Source: Armatimonadota bacterium
Lineage (GTDB): Bacteria > Armatimonadota > HRBIN16
DNA: 64,000 nucleotides
Assembly (NCBI GenBank): GCA_963677485.1
Contig: OY781964.1
Coordinates: 4,192,001 to 4,256,000, forward strand
Direction: 5' to 3'
Of the stretch, positions 9,552-19,045 are shown in pieces. Position 1 is the stretch's first letter; each line of letters begins with the position of its first letter. Position numbers and translations under genes: made by a program. The notes beneath the pieces were generated by a model. It was not told the origin of the DNA, did no database searches, and was given only the letters and a program-made list of their open reading frames with translations.

Positions 9552-11024
9552 TTGAGTATCCGACGTCCCCACATCCTAATTGCCTTGTTTGCCATAGTGC
9601 TGCCGTTACTGGCCGGGTGTAATCCCGCACCGGTCTCTGGCACCATGTTCAGCAAAAACATACAGCCGCTTTCTGCGCTCACACCTGAACAGCGCACTGA
9701 GATCAATAAAGATGCTGTCTCTGCTTTTTGCACATTTAAGGCTGTTGACATCGTAGATCCGCAAAGTGTGACCTTGTTGCTGAAGAACCGTTCCAATGCG
9801 GTAAGCACCTATGTGATGAGCAAGGCATTACCTGCCGATAGTGCAGTGCTGAATGCCTATAAAGCCGGCTCTGAGGTGTCACCTGGCATTCTTCAGGCTG
9901 TGCTTAATGTGCTGAACAATGTTGTTGATGATGCTTCTCTGTATGATGCACGCCGTTTCGCTGAGTTTAAGCTTCCGCAAAAACTGACCGATGCTGCCTC
10001 AGGCAAGCTGACCGGTTTGAACCTGGCGGAGTTCAATGTGACGCTACTCCAATCCGCTTACGTCAAGAGCGTAAAAATGGTGGGAGGTACTCCTGACCGT
10101 TTAGCTCAAGTTGCGACGCTCTTCCATGATGTGTCACTGATGGTGCCGCTCGATTCACCGGGCGCAAAGGCGTTTGATGATCAGGCCAAACTGGCACTAG
10201 ATAGTGCTCGAAAAGCGAAGCTGACGGACAGTGACGCCCAAAAGATTGAAGTGCTGCACCGTGAGGTGTTAGCGCGTATGGATCGGCGCAACCAGACCAA
10301 AATATCGTACAAGGTTCTAGATGCCATCGTGGCCGCGACAGGACGTAACCGAGAATTCAGTTATGCTCTGGCGATGATCCTGCTGGCTGTTTTCGTAAAG
10401 CTCATCACCAATCCGCTGCAAAAGGCCTCCATGCAGGGCATGAAAGAGATGCAGCGCATGCAGCCCGAAGTCGCGAAGCTGAAGGAACGCTTTAAGGGCG
10501 AAGAGCTGAACACCAAAATGATGGAGCTGTATAAAGAGCATAAGGTCAACCCTGCTAAGAGTTGTCTACCTATGGTCATACAGTTTCCTATCATGATCTA
10601 CATCTATAACTCCATCAGGCTTTATGAGTACCAATTCTCAAATGGTAATTTCCTGTGGATACGAGATAGCTCGCTCAGTCAGCAATATCCACATATAGTG
10701 GCCGCAAACCTTGGCATGCATGATGTCGCCTTGCTGGTTCTATACTCGATCTCCATGTTCGTCTCACAGCGACTGACACCAGTGAGTGATCCTGCGCAGG
10801 CTGCACAACAGAAGCAGACCAGCCTCATGATGACTGTGATGATCACATTCATGATGTTTAGCTGGAACTTCCCATCGGCTTTCGTTCTTTACTGGCTGAT
10901 ATTTAACGTGCTGAACATGTGGCAGCAATGGAAATTCCAAAAAGATGCCGAGTTAGAACTTGCCACAACCGGTGCTGCTGTAGTAAATGCGCGGCCCGCA
11001 CCAAAACCGCGCAAGAAGAAGTAG
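9552..11024 (+). CDS. yidC: Membrane protein insertase YidC with lipoprotein-type N-terminus
   Basis: MQRMQPEVAKLKERF, MELYKEHKVNP..SCLP, QFPI and LYW motifs; lipobox LLAGC. Confidence 0.9.
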   Translation: MSIRRPHILIALFAIVLPLLAGCNPAPVSGTMFSKNIQPLSALTPEQRTEINKDAVSAFCTFKAVDIVDPQSVTLLLKNRSNAVSTYVMSKALPADSAVLNAYKAGSEVSPGILQAVLNVLNNVVDDASLYDARRFAEFKLPQKLTDAASGKLTGLNLAEFNVTLLQSAYVKSVKMVGGTPDRLAQVATLFHDVSLMVPLDSPGAKAFDDQAKLALDSARKAKLTDSDAQKIEVLHREVLARMDRRNQTKISYKVLDAIVAATGRNREFSYALAMILLAVFVKLITNPLQKASMQGMKEMQRMQPEVAKLKERFKGEELNTKMMELYKEHKVNPAKSCLPMVIQFPIMIYIYNSIRLYEYQFSNGNFLWIRDSSLSQQYPHIVAANLGMHDVALLVLYSISMFVSQRLTPVSDPAQAAQQKQTSLMMTVMITFMMFSWNFPSAFVLYWLIFNVLNMWQQWKFQKDAELELATTGAAVVNARPAPKPRKKK

Positions 11025-11067
11025 ACTAGAGATAAGGCAACACAAAGCGACAAGGATGGTATAAGCA

Positions 11068-11751
11068 ATGCAGGAACCAAACAACGAAATAATGGTTGAA
11101 CTACCGGGTAAATGTATCGAGGAAGCGATCGAACTGGCTGTACAAAAGCTGGGTGTCGAGAGTGCTGAGGATCTTGATATAGAGGTAGTTCAAGAGGGTA
11201 CTGCAGGCATCTTGGGAATAGGTGCTGCACCTACCATCATTCGTGCTGTGGTCAAACCCAGTACACCGCCTGAAGAGGTTCCAGAAGACGAAACCGAGCG
11301 CACAGCAGTGGCTGTGTTAAATGGTGCGATGCGGGCTGGCAACTTGAGCGTAAAAGCGATGGTGGTCAGTCATAACGGGCGGTACCTTTACGTCGAACTG
11401 GTGGGTCGTGACGCCTGTGAGTTTGGCGGCACCCAGCTGGAAGCGCTTCAGGAGATCATGAACCTCATCCTGACCCGCAAGTATCACCTTGAAGCCAGAT
11501 GTGTGCTGGATGCCGATGGGTATCGTGAGCGACGCGCGCAGAAGCTGCATAAACTGGCTTTAGAAATTGCTGAAGAAGTGAAGCAAAATCATGGTGAAGC
11601 GGAGCTGGATCCATTGCCTCCATACGAGCGTCGCGTGGTGCATATGGCACTGAAAGAAGATCCGCAGATCGTGACCTACTCCGAAGGTGAAGGCAGCGCA
11701 CGCCATATCGTGATCGCTTATACAGAAGAACCAGTGGAGTCCGAAGACTAA
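11068..11751 (+). CDS. jag: Jag/EloR KH-R3H RNA-binding protein
   Basis: Jag_N pattern EEAIELAVQKLG; R3H motif PYERRVVHMAL; synteny with yidC. Confidence 0.9.
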   Translation: MQEPNNEIMVELPGKCIEEAIELAVQKLGVESAEDLDIEVVQEGTAGILGIGAAPTIIRAVVKPSTPPEEVPEDETERTAVAVLNGAMRAGNLSVKAMVVSHNGRYLYVELVGRDACEFGGTQLEALQEIMNLILTRKYHLEARCVLDADGYRERRAQKLHKLALEIAEEVKQNHGEAELDPLPPYERRVVHMALKEDPQIVTYSEGEGSARHIVIAYTEEPVESED

Positions 11752-12377
11752 TGTCTTTGAACATCGCAGTGATGGTGAGTGGTGAAGGCCGCGGCAGTAA
11801 TATGTGGGCCTTAGTTGAAGGGTGCCGTTCCGGTGAAATAGATGCTGTGGTCACACTGGTCATCGGTACTCGTAAGAACTCACCTGCGCTGGTTCGCGCT
11901 CAAGAAGCGGGGATTCGAACAGTCGTGGTTTCACCAGCAGGGATAGATGATGATGTCTATGCTCAAAAGCTGCTTCGTCAGCTTGCGAACGCACAGATCG
12001 ACCTGATCTGTCTGGCTGGGTATATGCGCCTGCTGCCGTCCGCGGTGCTGGAGCAGTATCACAACCGGATTACCAATATTCATCCCGCCTTATTGCCTGA
12101 CTTTGGCGGTAAAGGGATGTATGGTGAGCGTGTCCATAAGGCGGTACTGGCAAGCGGCAAGAAGCAGTCGGGATGCACCGTGCATCTTGTTGATGCTGAG
12201 TATGACAGCGGTCCTATACTACTACAGCTCATCGTTCCAGTTCTGCCAGGTGATGACTGGCACAGTCTCGCTGCGCGGGTTTTGGAGCAAGAACATATCG
12301 GCTATGTTCGTGCTGTTTCCAAGTTGGTGAACGAAATTGAAAACAACGGTGCACTGTCGCCGCAAGTTCGGAGTTGA
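11751..12377 (+). CDS. purN: Phosphoribosylglycinamide formyltransferase
   Basis: GRGSNM, LAGYMR, NIHPALLP, GCTVHLV and YDSGPI motifs. Confidence 0.95.
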   Translation: MSLNIAVMVSGEGRGSNMWALVEGCRSGEIDAVVTLVIGTRKNSPALVRAQEAGIRTVVVSPAGIDDDVYAQKLLRQLANAQIDLICLAGYMRLLPSAVLEQYHNRITNIHPALLPDFGGKGMYGERVHKAVLASGKKQSGCTVHLVDAEYDSGPILLQLIVPVLPGDDWHSLAARVLEQEHIGYVRAVSKLVNEIENNGALSPQVRS

Positions 12378-13243
12378 ACATGGAAGTAAAATCCTACGCA
12401 AAAGTGAACCTGACACTAGATGTCGGCGATCGCAGGTATGACGGGTATCACCGTATCGAATCTGTGTTTTGCGAAATCGGCATCGCTGACCTCATCACAA
12501 TAGAACGCTCACCAAAACTAGGTATTCACCTGTCCAATAATCTGCCGTTTTTGAAGAATGACAACACCAATATCGTCTACCGTGCGGCGGAGGCCTTTCT
12601 ACAGCGTGCCAATATCATGCCCGAACTTAAGATACATCTTGAGAAGTTCATACCCGTGCAGGGTGGAATGGGCGGCGGCAGCGGAAACGCCGCCACTGTG
12701 CTACTTTCACTCAACGAGATGTATGGTCACCCATTTAGCTATGAAGCTCTGGTTGACATGAGCCTTGCACTTGGCTCGGATGTTCCGTACTTCCTGACAG
12801 GTGGTGTGACACGTGTTGCCGGTATCGGCGAGAAGATGCTCGCCTTACCTGACATCACCGGTCTTCATGTGCTCGTAGTGCATCCCGGGGTGGGGATATC
12901 GACCGCCTGGGCATATAAAGAACTCGATAAGGTGCGGCCCAGCGCTGGCGGCTCGATATCACGCACACCGATCCTTGAACAAGCGATGGTAGAAGGCGTA
13001 AACTGGTATAGTATGCTGTCAAACGACTTCGAACAGGCTGTGTTTCCCAGCTATCCGCAGATACAGGGGTTGAAGGAAAGGCTCCTGTCCAATGGTGCCG
13101 CTTGTGCCTTAATGTGCGGCAGCGGAAGTTGCGTTTTTGGTATGTTCCAGAAACGTGAAGATGCCGAACTGCTGGAACAAGCAGTTGCCAGTGTGGGTCT
13201 AAAATGCTGGTTGACGGAACCAATTCCACGGCGTGTTGTATAG
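12374..13243 (+). CDS. ispE: 4-diphosphocytidyl-2-C-methyl-D-erythritol kinase
   Basis: AKVNLTL, DGYH, IPVQGGMGGGS and LGSDVP motifs; the start may be ATG 12380. Confidence 0.93.
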   Translation: MNMEVKSYAKVNLTLDVGDRRYDGYHRIESVFCEIGIADLITIERSPKLGIHLSNNLPFLKNDNTNIVYRAAEAFLQRANIMPELKIHLEKFIPVQGGMGGGSGNAATVLLSLNEMYGHPFSYEALVDMSLALGSDVPYFLTGGVTRVAGIGEKMLALPDITGLHVLVVHPGVGISTAWAYKELDKVRPSAGGSISRTPILEQAMVEGVNWYSMLSNDFEQAVFPSYPQIQGLKERLLSNGAACALMCGSGSCVFGMFQKREDAELLEQAVASVGLKCWLTEPIPRRVV

Positions 13244-13319
13244 TCTTGCATCAGCCGCGTATCGTTGCGTATGACCCGGTGCCGTCAGGCCTCACAGAAT
13301 GAACTTTCTGAGGCGTCAT

Positions 13320-13349
13320 TTGACAGACGGTATCGAAATCCGGTAAAAT
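13320..13349 (+). promoter_or_regulatory. Putative sigma70 promoter of infC
   Basis: TTGACA-N18-TAAAAT about 50 nt upstream of the inferred start. Confidence 0.6.
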
Positions 13350-13397
13350 ATCATGCACCCTTATGGGTGAATCATAACAAATTTGAGGTAACCTGTC

Positions 13398-13910
13398 ATC
13401 AGAACTGATCTGCGTTTGAATGATCGTATCCGCGCTCGAGAGATTCGTGTAGTGGATGCAGAGGGCAACCAACTCGGGATAATGACACCGAACCAAGCTC
13501 TACAGATGGCGCGCGAGCGCGGTCTCGACTTGATAGAGGTCGCCCCACAAGCAGCCCCTCCAGTTTGTCGTATTATTGACTACGGTAAGTATAAATACGA
13601 ACAAGCCAAGAAGGACAAAGATGCTGCTAAGCAGAGTAAGGTTGCTGACTTGAAAGCGATTCGTGTTCGCCCGGGAACTGATGATCACGACATCGACTTC
13701 AAGATAAAAAATGCAATTAAGTTCCTTGCTGATGGTGATAAAGTTAAGGTTACAGTGATGTTTCGGAGCAGGGAAATCACCCGGCCAGAATACGGCCAAA
13801 AAGCTCTGAAACTGTTCATCGACGCCACGGCTGAGGTTGCCGTCGTCGAGCGTCCCCCCTTAATGGAGGGCCGTATGATGTCAATGGTCTTGAGCCCGAA
13901 GCCCAAGTAA
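13398..13910 (+). CDS. infC: Translation initiation factor IF-3, probably with a non-canonical ATC start
   Basis: NDRIRAREIRVV, DLIEV, PPVCRIIDYGKYKY and GDKVKV motifs; GAGGT SD at 13385-13389 lies 8 nt before an in-frame ATC at 13398. Confidence 0.93.
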   Translation: MRTDLRLNDRIRAREIRVVDAEGNQLGIMTPNQALQMARERGLDLIEVAPQAAPPVCRIIDYGKYKYEQAKKDKDAAKQSKVADLKAIRVRPGTDDHDIDFKIKNAIKFLADGDKVKVTVMFRSREITRPEYGQKALKLFIDATAEVAVVERPPLMEGRMMSMVLSPKPK

Positions 13911-13958
13911 ACAATCTGTTTTCTGGCGTTCGGTAGGGCCGTATACTGCGTTACGATG

Positions 13959-13984
13959 GGGGGCCGATAAGCCCCCTGTTTTTT
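13959..13984 (+). terminator. Terminator-like hairpin between infC and rpmI
   Basis: GGGGGC-CGATAA-GCCCCC-TGTTTTTT. Confidence 0.65.
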
Positions 13985-14011
13985 CGCGACTCTAGCAAAG
14001 GAGTATAGACC

Positions 14012-14212
14012 ATGGGAAATGGGAAAATGAAAACCTGTAAGACCGCTGCGAAACGCTTCAAGATCAGCGGTACCGGAAAACTGATTTGCTGTAATGCCAG
14101 CAACAGCCATATGTTTAGTGCCAAGAGCCCCGGTAGGAAGCGTCGCCTCGACGTGGACAAAGAGTGCGATCACGGCAACCGCAAGCGCATGAAACGACTA
14201 CTGGGTAGATAG
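14012..14212 (+). CDS. rpmI: 50S ribosomal protein L35
   Basis: KMKT.K.AAKRFKISGTGK; located between infC and rplT. Confidence 0.93.
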   Translation: MGNGKMKTCKTAAKRFKISGTGKLICCNASNSHMFSAKSPGRKRRLDVDKECDHGNRKRMKRLLGR

Positions 14213-14250
14213 TAACCCTCGAATTGATACCTTAAGGAGGTTAGCAAAAA

Positions 14251-14622
14251 ATGGCACGTGTAAAACGCGGAATGATGACCCATAAGCGGCATAAGAAAAT
14301 TCTTAATATGGCCGAGGGTTATTTCCTTAAGAAGCGTAACGTCTTTACCGAAGCTATTCAGCAGGTCATGAAGAGTGGGCAGTATGCCTACAACGACCGC
14401 CGCAAGAGAACTGGCCAGTTCCGCAGACTGTGGATCACCCGTATCTCTGCAGCATGTCGTGCTGAAGGCATCACCTATAGCCGCTTCATCGAAGGCCTGA
14501 CTAAGGCCGGTGTGCAAGTAGACCGCAAGATGCTGAGTAATATGGCGATCGAACAGCCACAAGATTTCAGCAAGATTGTGGAAATCGCGAAGCAGCACTG
14601 CACCCTGGTGACCGCAGGGTAA
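14251..14622 (+). CDS. rplT: 50S ribosomal protein L20
   Basis: MARVKRG, FRRLWITRI, YSRFI and DRKML motifs. Confidence 0.97.
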   Translation: MARVKRGMMTHKRHKKILNMAEGYFLKKRNVFTEAIQQVMKSGQYAYNDRRKRTGQFRRLWITRISAACRAEGITYSRFIEGLTKAGVQVDRKMLSNMAIEQPQDFSKIVEIAKQHCTLVTAG

Positions 14623-14624
14623 CT

Positions 14625-15614
14625 ATGAAAGAGAAGCTACAGGCTCTGGTGGAGCAGTCGATGCTTAGCATCCGCGACGCGCAAACCACACAGACGCTTG
14701 ATGCACTCGAAACGCAAGTACTAGGCCGGAAGGGAGAACTGACCGGCCTGTTGCGCATGATGGGTGGGCTATCCGCCGATGAAAAACCCGTCATGGGCCA
14801 ATTGCTGAACGAGGCAAAAGCCAGCATACAGGACGCCTTGAACCTTCGTAAAGAAGCCCTGATGATGCAGGAAAAAAGCGCAAAGCTGGAATCAGAGCAA
14901 ATCGACATTACGCTCCCATCACGCATTCAAAGAATCGGACACAAACACCCCGTTAGTTTCACTCAAGAGACCGTGAAAGACGCCCTCATAGGTTTAGGGT
15001 TTGAATTCATGGACGCCCCTGAGCTGGAAGACTACAAATACAATTTTGCAGCCCTCAACTATCCCGAGAACCATCCCGCTATGGATGAACAGATGTCGTT
15101 CTATGTCACTGACAGGCATCTGCTGCGAACACAGACCACCGCGCTTCAGGGTAGAACGCTTACTCTGAAGAAGCCGCCGTTCCGGTATGCCATCACAGGC
15201 CGCTGTTTCCGTAATGAAACGGTGGATGCCACGCACCACCACTCCTTCCATCAGATTGATGTGTACATGGTGGACAAAGGTGTGAGCATGGCGGACCTTA
15301 AGGGCACACTCGCGGCCTTTGCCAGGCGTATGTTTGGATCGGACGTTCAGGTGCGGTTCCGCCCCGACTTCTTCCCGTTTGTGGAGCCTGGAGTGGACTA
15401 CTCCATCTCCTGGAAGGGTGGATGGCTGGAACTTGGCGGTGCTGGACTGATACACCCCAACATCCTGAGAGCACATGGGCTGGATCCGAACGAGTGGAGT
15501 GGTTTCGCATTTGGCTTAGGTATCGAACGCATCCCCATGATCCAGAGGGGTGTTGATGACCTGCGGTTGTTCCTGGAGAACGACCTGCGCTTCCTCAACC
15601 AGTTCGGAGCCTAA
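14625..15614 (+). CDS. pheS: Phenylalanine--tRNA ligase alpha subunit
   Basis: NFAALN, LLRTQT, FHQID, RFRPDFFPFVEP and GFAFGLGIERI motifs. Confidence 0.97.
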   Translation: MKEKLQALVEQSMLSIRDAQTTQTLDALETQVLGRKGELTGLLRMMGGLSADEKPVMGQLLNEAKASIQDALNLRKEALMMQEKSAKLESEQIDITLPSRIQRIGHKHPVSFTQETVKDALIGLGFEFMDAPELEDYKYNFAALNYPENHPAMDEQMSFYVTDRHLLRTQTTALQGRTLTLKKPPFRYAITGRCFRNETVDATHHHSFHQIDVYMVDKGVSMADLKGTLAAFARRMFGSDVQVRFRPDFFPFVEPGVDYSISWKGGWLELGGAGLIHPNILRAHGLDPNEWSGFAFGLGIERIPMIQRGVDDLRLFLENDLRFLNQFGA

Positions 15615-15628
15615 CCCTACAATTCGTC

Positions 15629-15654
15629 GGACGGCATATTGTTGTATGCCGTCC
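15629..15654. other. Intercistronic hairpin between pheS and pheT
   Basis: GGACGGCATA-TTGTTG-TATGCCGTCC, 10-bp stem, no U-tract. Confidence 0.55.
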
Positions 15655-15670
15655 CCACATGAGGTGAATC

Positions 15671-17713
15671 ATGCGACTACCTGTTGAGTGGTTGAAAGAT
15701 TACGTAGATATCGACGCCAACCCCGAGCAGATTTCCGTCACTTTGACTATGGCCGGTCTGGAAGTGGAGACCGTGGAGCAAGAGGGCGACGAAGCGGTGC
15801 TGGATATGAAGGTGACCCCGAACAGGGGTGACTGTCTGTCACTGGTCGGCTCCGCCCGCGAACTGGCCGCCAAACAAGCAACTGCGCTCAAGCATCCCAT
15901 GCCGACCGCTCAGTCGAGTGATCTGGGTGAGTTGGGCACGCGTTGTTCCGTGACCGTCGAAGCATCTGACTTATGCCCCCGGTATGCCGCCCGTATCGTA
16001 GATAACATCAAGATCGGCCAGTCACCGCTATGGATGCAGAAGCGGTTATTCGCGGCTGGTCTGCGCCCCATCAACAACGTGGTGGACGTGACTACCTATG
16101 TTCTGCTGGAGCTGGGTCAGCCGCTTCATGCGTTTGACCTGGCACTGCTGCCAAAAGGTGCCATCGTGGTGCGGCGTGCCAATGAGCAGGAAATGGTCGA
16201 AACGCTTGATGGTGGGAAACATACCCTCAGCAACGACATGCTGGTGATCTGCGACGAAACCCATCCTGTAGCAGTAGCCGGCATCATGGGCGGAGCAGAG
16301 ACCGAGGTGACCTCGGCTACAAAGTTGGTGTTGCTGGAAAGCGCGCATTTCCATCCGGCCAGCGTCCGCCTGACCAGTCAGAAGCTGGGCTTAGCCAGTG
16401 ACTCGAGTTATCGATTTGAGCGCAATGTGGATCATGATGGTGTGGTAGCTGCACTCGACCGTGCCTGTGAACTGCTGGCGCTGATGGGTGCTGGTGAGCC
16501 AGTGCCTGGTGTTCTGGACGTTGATCATCGTGATCAGGCACCCAAGGTTATTTCGATGCGCTGTGACTTCTGCCGACTTCTGCTGGGCACTGATGTCGCC
16601 GATGAAACCCAACAGGACTGCCTGCTTCGTTTGCAAATCCCTTCGGTTCTGACCGATGGTGTGATCACTTCAACCATCCCTAGCTGGCGTGCCGACCTTG
16701 AACAAGAGCATGACCTTATCGAAGAGGTAGGCCGTGTCTACGGCTATGAGAATATCGAGGAGAGCCTGCCTAAAGGGATGACTTGTCAAGGTTCGGACAG
16801 CATCCGCTCCCGACAGTGCAAGCCGATGCGTGAAGCATTACTGCGGTTTGGACTCACCGAATGTGTGTGTCACACGCTGCGTGCACCTGGTGTGCTGGAT
16901 GAGCCTGGTAAGGTGGCACCGAAGGTGCGCCAAGCGGCCAGCCCTGAGTTGAGCACCCTGCGCACCAGCTTGCTGCCAGGCTTGGTGGATGTGATCCGGC
17001 ACAACATGGCCCGTCGGCAGAACGACGCTTTCTTGTTTGAGACGGCCAGTGTGATGCATCAGATTGGTGAGTATGAGTTCGATCAGCCATATAAGCTGGC
17101 TTTTACCTGCGTTGGCCATAGTGTGCCCGCCGGTTGGAACACCAAACCTCAGTTGGCCGACTTCTACACTGCGAAGGCTGTGGTAGAGGCGTTGCTTGAG
17201 AGCGCTGGTGTGGCCAACTGGACGTTGGATACCAAAACCGACTGCCGCTTCCACCCCGGCCGTAGTGCTCGCGTGCTGGCGGATGGTGTGGTTCTGGGGC
17301 AGTTCGGTGAGCTGCATCCTGATGTGTATAGTGCGCTTGATATCAAGCGTGTGCGTATCGTGGGCGGGGAGTTTGACTTCCAGTCACTGGTGGATGCTGG
17401 TGGAGCGAAGATGACTTACAAGCCGATATCCAGGTATCCTGCGGTTTACCGTGACCTGGCCATCCTGGCGCCTACGGAAATGCAATTCCAAACTCTGCTG
17501 GAACTGACCACGCTGCAGGCAGGAGAGAATCTGGACTCCGTGTGGCTGGTGGATGTTTATCAGGGCGAACACGTGCAGCAGGGGATGCGCAGCATGACGC
17601 TGAGCTTGACCTTCCGGCGAACCGACCGCACGCTGGTGGATACCGAAGTCGATGGCTGCATCACGGCTATAGTCGACGCTTTAAGCGGTATTGGGGCCAG
17701 CCTGAGGTCTTAG
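15671..17713 (+). CDS. pheT: Phenylalanine--tRNA ligase beta subunit (short form lacking the B2 OB domain)
   Basis: TPNRGDCLS, INNVVD, GQPLHAFD, DLIEEVGRVYGY and an FDX-ACB C-terminus; 680 aa. Confidence 0.95.
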   Translation: MRLPVEWLKDYVDIDANPEQISVTLTMAGLEVETVEQEGDEAVLDMKVTPNRGDCLSLVGSARELAAKQATALKHPMPTAQSSDLGELGTRCSVTVEASDLCPRYAARIVDNIKIGQSPLWMQKRLFAAGLRPINNVVDVTTYVLLELGQPLHAFDLALLPKGAIVVRRANEQEMVETLDGGKHTLSNDMLVICDETHPVAVAGIMGGAETEVTSATKLVLLESAHFHPASVRLTSQKLGLASDSSYRFERNVDHDGVVAALDRACELLALMGAGEPVPGVLDVDHRDQAPKVISMRCDFCRLLLGTDVADETQQDCLLRLQIPSVLTDGVITSTIPSWRADLEQEHDLIEEVGRVYGYENIEESLPKGMTCQGSDSIRSRQCKPMREALLRFGLTECVCHTLRAPGVLDEPGKVAPKVRQAASPELSTLRTSLLPGLVDVIRHNMARRQNDAFLFETASVMHQIGEYEFDQPYKLAFTCVGHSVPAGWNTKPQLADFYTAKAVVEALLESAGVANWTLDTKTDCRFHPGRSARVLADGVVLGQFGELHPDVYSALDIKRVRIVGGEFDFQSLVDAGGAKMTYKPISRYPAVYRDLAILAPTEMQFQTLLELTTLQAGENLDSVWLVDVYQGEHVQQGMRSMTLSLTFRRTDRTLVDTEVDGCITAIVDALSGIGASLRS

Positions 17714-17782
17714 GAACCCGCGTATTTTACATAAGTAACCGCTTGAGATGGCACGGCAGCTCATACTGTAATTAATACTGTC

Positions 17783-17864
17783 GTAGGGGCGTCCCTTGTG
17801 GACGCCCTCATCGTTGGACATTCGACAGTTTTGGTTTTAGGGCGCCCACAAGGGACGCCCCTAC
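17783..17864. repeat. GTAG-type REP doublet (REPIN-like)
   Basis: GTAGGGGCGTCCCTTGTGGACGCCCT ... AGGGCGCCCACAAGGGACGCCCCTAC inverted pair; homolog at 19046. Confidence 0.8.
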
Positions 17865-17949
17865 GACCAGTTACTTACAAACCTGCTGGAGCACTCTGCT
17901 TTTGCAGGCTTTTTCACTAGATATTGGACGAACCATAAGGAGAAACGGA

Positions 17950-18447
17950 ATGGCTGATACCGTTAAGGAACTCGTGTTTACCCGTGCGATCGCCGAAGCC
18001 AAAGGGTTTGGTCTGGAGGTATGCGAGCAAGACGCCAAGCGTCCATGGGGTGGATTCCTGAAATTCACTGAGGCCAGCCTTCCAGCCTTCACTGAGGCCT
18101 ACCTTCAGGGCGTAGAGGTGGACGGCGACTTCGGAAAACGCGACCCCAAGGTTCTGCTGGTGGCTCCCGGGGCCAGGCTCTCGCTGCAACTGCACCATCG
18201 CCGCAGTGAGCTCTGGAGGGTGCTGGACGGGCCTGTGACCATCGTCAGGGGCCATGATGAGGCGAACCTCTCTGAGCGCGTATATCAAAGCGGTGAAGCG
18301 ATCCACTTGTACTGCGGCGAAATCCACCGTTTGTGCGGCGGAGAGAACAACTGGGGCCGTGTGGCGGAGATATGGGAGCACAGCGATGCTTCCAACCCCA
18401 GCAACGAAGCCGACATCGTACGCCTGCAGGACGACTACGCTCGCTGA
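17950..18447 (+). CDS. Cupin, mannose-6-phosphate isomerase type II-like
   Basis: RPWGG, PGARLSLQLHHRRSELWRV and EADIVRLQDDYAR motifs; AGGAG RBS before ATG 17950. Confidence 0.8.
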   Translation: MADTVKELVFTRAIAEAKGFGLEVCEQDAKRPWGGFLKFTEASLPAFTEAYLQGVEVDGDFGKRDPKVLLVAPGARLSLQLHHRRSELWRVLDGPVTIVRGHDEANLSERVYQSGEAIHLYCGEIHRLCGGENNWGRVAEIWEHSDASNPSNEADIVRLQDDYAR

Positions 18448-18465
18448 GAGTATTCCAAACACCTT

Positions 18466-18507
18466 ACAAAAGCCCGTTCAGGTTTGCATCTGAGCGGGCA
18501 TTTGTTT
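18466..18507. terminator. Bidirectional terminator
   Basis: ACAAAA-GCCCGTTCAG...CTGAGCGGGC-ATTTGTTT. Confidence 0.7.
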
Positions 18508-18548
18508 GTGGGGTAACGGCTCAGCTGTGGATGGCTAGAATGGATATC

Positions 18549-18990
18549 GACCGCGCCGGTGTGGCAGATAGCCGAACCCGTCACACCTGGGCGGGCTTAT
18601 CCAACGCCCGCCGGAACGCGGATTCGTAGGGGCGTTTCGCGAAACGCCCTGGGTGACTGTGCCCGTACCGGGACGCAGTCACCTAGGGCTACCGAACCCG
18701 TCGCCATGTGCCTGTGGTATTGATCGCAGGTTATCAGCCACGCTGCTGCGGGTTTAGTCACCCCACGGGACTGTGTCCCTAAACGGGGTTACCTCACCGC
18801 GCGTCTAGGCATATGCAGCCCGCAAGCGGGCGCAGGTGGCCCTCAGTCCGCGCCCGCTGGAGCGAAGCGACGCGGGCAGCCATCTGATCAGCGACGGGTG
18901 ATGGAGCCCCCTGGGGCGATGGAACCCGTCGACGCGGCGCTGATCGGCTCATATCGAAGCCGATCAGCCCCTCATGCCACCGGTTTGGTC
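18549..18990. ncRNA. Hairpin-dense non-coding region, candidate structured RNA or composite repeat
   Basis: Multiple stable stems, three GAACCCGTC copies, a GTAG REP half (GTAGGGGCGTTTCGCGAAACGCCC), possible end-to-end pairing, and a module shared with 56967-57120. Confidence 0.45.
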
Positions 18991-19045
18991 ACCCAAAGAA
19001 CCTGCCCGTGCTGACACGGCAGCCCACGCTGTAACGGATACGACC

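Noticed and set aside
15671-17713. pheT as a truncated pseudogene
   Set aside because: The frame is intact with all other domains; loss of the B2 domain is known in several bacterial lineages.
18508-19045. RNase P RNA, tmRNA, group II intron or hammerhead ribozyme
   Set aside because: No GAGGAAAGTCC, no tRNA-like ends, no clear domain V, and CTGATCAG does not fit the CUGANGA core.
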